NCBI GenBank assembly: GCA_030697555.1
Contig: JAUYPV010000109.1
Coordinates: forward strand, 7,227 to 71,226
Length of the DNA: 64,000 bases
DNA from: Hyphomonadaceae bacterium
GTDB lineage: Bacteria > Pseudomonadota > Alphaproteobacteria > Caulobacterales > Hyphomonadaceae
Reading direction: 5' to 3'
Shown piece after piece: positions 60,297 to 64,000 of this stretch. Position 1 is the first letter of the stretch, and the number at the start of each line of letters is the position of its first letter. The notes beneath the pieces were generated by a model. It saw nothing but the letters and a program-made list of their open reading frames with translations. It was not told where the DNA came from and did not search any database. The translations under genes and the position numbers were made by a program.

Positions 60297-60510
60297 GTCA
60301 CCGGACTGCTGGGGGACGGCAAATTGCGTCGGGGTTTAGCGATGCGTTGGGGGTGGTGCAACCCTGCAACCGTCGCACCTGCCGACGGTTGAATCCGCGC
60401 GAATCGAACATTGTTTGCCCTTAATTCGCACCTCAGCGGCACATAAGACAACGTGGACCACCCGACTGTGCTATTCGGGCGGATTGGAAGGCGCACCGGT
60501 AGGCCGGGGT

Positions 60511-61173
60511 ATGAGACGGATAGTTGTGAGTTCATGGTTGGCGCTGGGTCTCCTGGCGCTCGCCGGGGCCGCCGCCGCGCAGGTCACCTTGCGCGGTTCG
60601 CAGTCGGCTAGCTCGCTTCCGGCCGCCAGTTCGGCCACGTCCGGTTCCATGCGGACCGAGACCCCCGCCATTCCCGCGCACAATCCCAATCTCGAACCCA
60701 AGGCGATGGCCGGCATACTGGCTGCCCAGAACGAGGCCCGCGCGCGCCTTGGCCTTACATCGCTCACCTGGTCGGGCGCGCTCGCGGCAAGGGCCGACGC
60801 CACCGTCAAGGCGATGGGCGGCGCCTGCACCCAGTCCGCCGTCTACAAGGCAGCGAAGCACGGCAATGTCAGCGTCTACTGGAACTCGCCGCTGCGTCGC
60901 TTCGGCGGTGGGTCTAAGGCGCAGGATATCAGCGCTTCCTTCGTAGTCTCGGAATGGTCTGCCGGCCGCGGCGACTACGATCTGGCGACGGCCGCCTGCC
61001 GCAAGTCCAGCATCTGCGAGCAATACGCTCGCATGGTCGCGCCCGCGGCCAAAGCGGTGGGCTGCGCCAAGGTCGTCTGCGCCAGCCAGGCGCAGGTGTG
61101 GGCTTGCCATTATGATGGTCCCCAGGCGACGCCTGCCGCGGATCCGGGTTTGCGTCGACGTATCGGCGATTGA
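60511..61173 (+). CDS. CAP/SCP/PR-1-like secreted protein
   Basis: Signal peptide 'MRRIVVSSWLALGLLALAGAAAAQ'. 'ILAAQNEARARLGL..LTWS..LA' and 'CEQYARMVAP..KAVGCA' are CAP-domain-like. Confidence 0.7.
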   Translation: MRRIVVSSWLALGLLALAGAAAAQVTLRGSQSASSLPAASSATSGSMRTETPAIPAHNPNLEPKAMAGILAAQNEARARLGLTSLTWSGALAARADATVKAMGGACTQSAVYKAAKHGNVSVYWNSPLRRFGGGSKAQDISASFVVSEWSAGRGDYDLATAACRKSSICEQYARMVAPAAKAVGCAKVVCASQAQVWACHYDGPQATPAADPGLRRRIGD

Positions 61174-61234
61174 GCCTATCTTGCGTCAAGTCTAGCGTGG
61201 CCGTCTGGACCTTACGCGCAGGGGAGCTTCTCCA

Positions 61235-62764
61235 ATGTCACGGTACATCGCGCTTGGCGTTTCATTGGCGCTGATCTGCGCGGCCTGCGGCAGCGTAGGA
61301 CAAGTCGAGAAGCCGGGGGATCTCAGGCCTGCCTGGTTCGGTCTCATCCCGTCGGTCACGCTGGCCGATCCCGCCGTCACGCCTCCAGCAGGCGCAAAGA
61401 TCGCGGCGCCCCTCGTCCCGGCCGGCGAAGCGGAAGGCCGCGGCGCGCTCACCGGGCCACGCATCCAGACCTCGGTCGAGCAGGTGATCGGCTTCGCGCA
61501 AAACATGCGCAAGGAAGGCAACCAGATGTGGGGGCGCATCTCGGGCTTCCAGTCCGAGATCGAAACCGCCGAATGGCTGAAGAGCGAATTCCAGGCCGTC
61601 GGCCTCGCGGGCGTGCAGCAGCAGACCTACAAGGCGACCGGCGATTTCTGGTGGCCGAAGACCTGGGAAGTCCGCGCGCTCGCCAACACGGCCTATGGCG
61701 ACCAGACCATCGACGTGCGTCTCGCCTCCGCCGTTCCGGTCAGCCGCTCCCTCATCCCGACGCCGATCGAAGCGGCGGTGACCTATGTGGGCGACGCCGG
61801 TGAAGTCTCGACGGATGGCGTCTCCGGCAAGATCGCGCTCCAGCACACGCGCCCCTCGACCGGGGCCTATTCCGAGCGAACGAAGGTCCGCGAGTCCTCG
61901 CAGAAGCTGATCGCCGCCGGCGCCGTCGCGGTGATCACGTGGGTCGAGCAGGCCGGCAACATGCATGTCTTCGACTTCGGTCAGTGCGGCGGGCCGTGCT
62001 TCAACATCGGCGGAGCGGACGGCGTCTTCCTGTCGGACGCCATCAAAGCAGCGAAGGAAAAGAACGCGCCAGACGTGCGGCTGCGACTCACGCTCGACGC
62101 CGAGACGAAAACGGGCCTGCAGGCCGACAATGTGATCGGCCTCATCCCTGGAACCAGTAGCGAGATCATCATCGTCAACGCACACCTCGATTCCTGGTTC
62201 GACGGGGCAGGCGACAATGCCGATGGCGTCGGCGTGCTGGTCGGCCTCGCACGCTATTTCTCCGTGTCCGCCCACAAGCCCGCGCGGACGCTGTTGTTCG
62301 TCGGATCGGGCGGCCATCACAGCTCAGGCATGAACGGGCCGGCCAGTGTGGTGAACATGAATCCCGATCTGATGAAGCGCGTGAAGCTGGTCATCAACCT
62401 CGAACATCTCGCGCAATTCCGGATCGAGGCAGTGCCCGGATGGATCGTCAACACGGACGAGGAGCCGAAGAATTTCGGCATCTCGAATTCTTCGCCCTTC
62501 CTCATCTCCACCGTGAAGGCCGCTGCCGAGCGCTATGGCTTCGCCATCCGGCCGGAGATCGTGAACGCCGTGCCGGGCGATCTCGGCGGCTATGCTCCGC
62601 TCAACGTGGCGCGCATGCAAGGCATCCACTCCGGACCGCTCTACCACACCAGCGGCGACACGCTGGCGAGCATCTCCACCGAAGGGCTGGAGCGGGCGGC
62701 CCGGTTCTATGCCTATGTAATCGAAGCCGCCGGCAAAGCGAGCGCGGCAGAGATCAACCCTTAA
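61235..62764 (+). CDS. M28 family metallopeptidase with PA domain (lipoprotein-like signal)
   Basis: 'NVIGLIPG…IIIVNAHLDSWFDGAGDNADGVGVLVGLARYF' are the M28 zinc-ligand motifs. N-terminal 'LALICAAC'. Confidence 0.85.
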   Translation: MSRYIALGVSLALICAACGSVGQVEKPGDLRPAWFGLIPSVTLADPAVTPPAGAKIAAPLVPAGEAEGRGALTGPRIQTSVEQVIGFAQNMRKEGNQMWGRISGFQSEIETAEWLKSEFQAVGLAGVQQQTYKATGDFWWPKTWEVRALANTAYGDQTIDVRLASAVPVSRSLIPTPIEAAVTYVGDAGEVSTDGVSGKIALQHTRPSTGAYSERTKVRESSQKLIAAGAVAVITWVEQAGNMHVFDFGQCGGPCFNIGGADGVFLSDAIKAAKEKNAPDVRLRLTLDAETKTGLQADNVIGLIPGTSSEIIIVNAHLDSWFDGAGDNADGVGVLVGLARYFSVSAHKPARTLLFVGSGGHHSSGMNGPASVVNMNPDLMKRVKLVINLEHLAQFRIEAVPGWIVNTDEEPKNFGISNSSPFLISTVKAAAERYGFAIRPEIVNAVPGDLGGYAPLNVARMQGIHSGPLYHTSGDTLASISTEGLERAARFYAYVIEAAGKASAAEINP

Positions 62765-62787
62765 GCGCCCACGCGAAAGATATCGAC

Positions 62788-64000
62788 ATGAGCGAGAAGC
62801 TGGACGCTGCGGCGACAGATCCCAGGGCGCGCAAACTGATGCAGGGCTTTCCGCCCAGCGCCGAAGCCACGATCCGCTTCGACGACGATACGAGTTCGCG
62901 CTTTCCCAACATCCGCTGGGCGTTCAGCCGTCAGCGCGAACTGAAAGCCACCGCCAGCATCTGGCGCGGCCGCGGCGCGGCCAGCACCCTGCCGTACGCT
63001 CTGCGCGATGATCTCGACGCCGTACCCTTCACCACGCTGGACGGCGAGGCGACAAGCTGGGGTCAGGCGGTCGACACAATGTTCACCGATGGCCTGCTGG
63101 TCCTTCACCGGGGCGTCATCGTCTACGAACGCTATCTCGGCGCGCTGGAACCGCAGCTTCCTCACATCGCCATGTCGGTTACCAAATCCTTTGTTGGGCT
63201 TCTCGCGGCGATGCTGGCGCACGAGAGCGCGCTCGACCCCGAAGCGCCGGTGGTGCGCTATGTCCCCGAACTCGCTGGCGGCGCCTATGGCGACGCGACC
63301 GTGCGCCAGGTTATGGATATGATCGTCGGCGTTCAGTATTCGGAGGACTATGTCGATCCGAATGCCGAGGTGCGCGCCTACTCGGTTGCCGCCGGTTTCC
63401 GTTCGCAGCCCGCAGGCTACACCGGTCCGACGACGATCTTCGATTTTGTGCGCCGGTTGAAGAAGTCCGGCGAGCATGGACAGGCCTTCGCCTACAAGAC
63501 CTGCAATACCGAAGTCCTTTCCTGGATCGTCCAGCGCGCGGCCGATACCTCCATTCCCCAGCTTCTTTCAGAAAGGATCTGGCAGCGCCTCGGCGCCGAG
63601 GAGGACGCCTACGTTGCCATCGACCGGATCGGGATGGCGATGGCCGGCGCCGCACTCAATCTCACGCTTCGCGATCTTGCGAGGTTTGGCGAGATGATGC
63701 GGCTCAACGGCGCGTTCAACGGCCAGCAGATCGTGCCGGAAGCAGTCGTCGCCGACATCAGCGGCGGCGGCAATCGCGACCACTTCGCCAAGGCCGGCTA
63801 TGTCACGCTGCCGGGCTGGAGCTATCGCAGCCAGTGGTGGGTCTCGCACAACGCGCTGGGGGCCTATACCGCGCGCGGTATTCACGGTCAGGTCTGCTGG
63901 ATCGCACCGAAGGCGGAGCTGGTGATCGCGCGTTTCGCCTCGCACCCGATAGCCGCCAACGGCAACAGCGTGCTCGATCGCGTGTCCTTGCCAGCCTACG
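62788..64000 (+). CDS. Serine hydrolase of the beta-lactamase/transpeptidase-like family; the 3' end is outside the window (not in the ORF track because it is unterminated)
   Basis: My own translation from the ATG at 62788 stays open to the window end. SxxK motif 'MSVTKSFVGLL'. 'YKTCNTEVLSWIV' suggests a class-C/esterase-like fold. Confidence 0.8.
   Translation, partial: MSEKLDAAATDPRARKLMQGFPPSAEATIRFDDDTSSRFPNIRWAFSRQRELKATASIWRGRGAASTLPYALRDDLDAVPFTTLDGEATSWGQAVDTMFTDGLLVLHRGVIVYERYLGALEPQLPHIAMSVTKSFVGLLAAMLAHESALDPEAPVVRYVPELAGGAYGDATVRQVMDMIVGVQYSEDYVDPNAEVRAYSVAAGFRSQPAGYTGPTTIFDFVRRLKKSGEHGQAFAYKTCNTEVLSWIVQRAADTSIPQLLSERIWQRLGAEEDAYVAIDRIGMAMAGAALNLTLRDLARFGEMMRLNGAFNGQQIVPEAVVADISGGGNRDHFAKAGYVTLPGWSYRSQWWVSHNALGAYTARGIHGQVCWIAPKAELVIARFASHPIAANGNSVLDRVSLPAY

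Overview
This is a high-GC window with the gene content and synteny of an alphaproteobacterial core chromosome (Hyphomicrobiales/Parvibaculum-like; the species cannot be named from sequence alone). It is densely coding. I see no rRNA, CRISPR array, transposase, integrase or prophage genes.

Main landmarks:
- A partial CocE/NonD hydrolase, a KefB-type K+ efflux gene, and small ModE-like and TetR regulators.
- A GT2/GH16 pair and a PQQ quinohemoprotein dehydrogenase.
- tRNA-Pro(GGG) and tRNA-Val(TAC) bracketing an MgtC/DUF4010 gene.
- merR-ihfA, fabH-plsX and bamE.
- A tightly packed minus-strand cluster, glyA-nrdR-ribD-ribE-ribBA-ribH-nusB-thiL.
- mucR, hemA (ALA synthase), a MarR regulator and an M13 peptidase.
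- A phosphate locus, phoR ... pstC-pstA-pstB-phoU-phoB. It lacks pstS and is interrupted by ppc plus an indoleamine-2,3-dioxygenase homologue.
- purB, the DUF1476 (zeta-inhibitor-like) gene, and purC-purS ... purQ.
- dps, trxB, greA, carB and several secreted peptidases.

Observations I think deserve a second look:
1. Three tandem entericidin-like lipoprotein genes split purS from purQ. Two are under 60 codons and absent from the ORF track. The third carries a long Lys/Thr/Ala-rich tail.
2. PstA is 889 aa, with about 600 non-membrane residues inserted after TM1, in a pst locus with no pstS.
3. A bacterial IDO homologue sits orphaned inside that locus.
4. A 673-aa lipoprotein combines a Cys-less thioredoxin fold, a CxxCH heme site, a PHM/DBH-like copper monooxygenase and an EF-hand.
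5. An 868-bp stretch next to the MarR gene has no confident gene. It contains an AT-rich block, a roughly 150-bp GCN trinucleotide repeat, a duplicated 10-mer and a 92-nt element with perfect 15-bp inverted arms.

I found no clear multi-gene novel system (defence island or similar), and most of the window is ordinary housekeeping DNA.

Limits: start codons were chosen by eye from SD motifs, overlaps and homologue N-termini. All family assignments rest on motif recognition from memory, not on searches.
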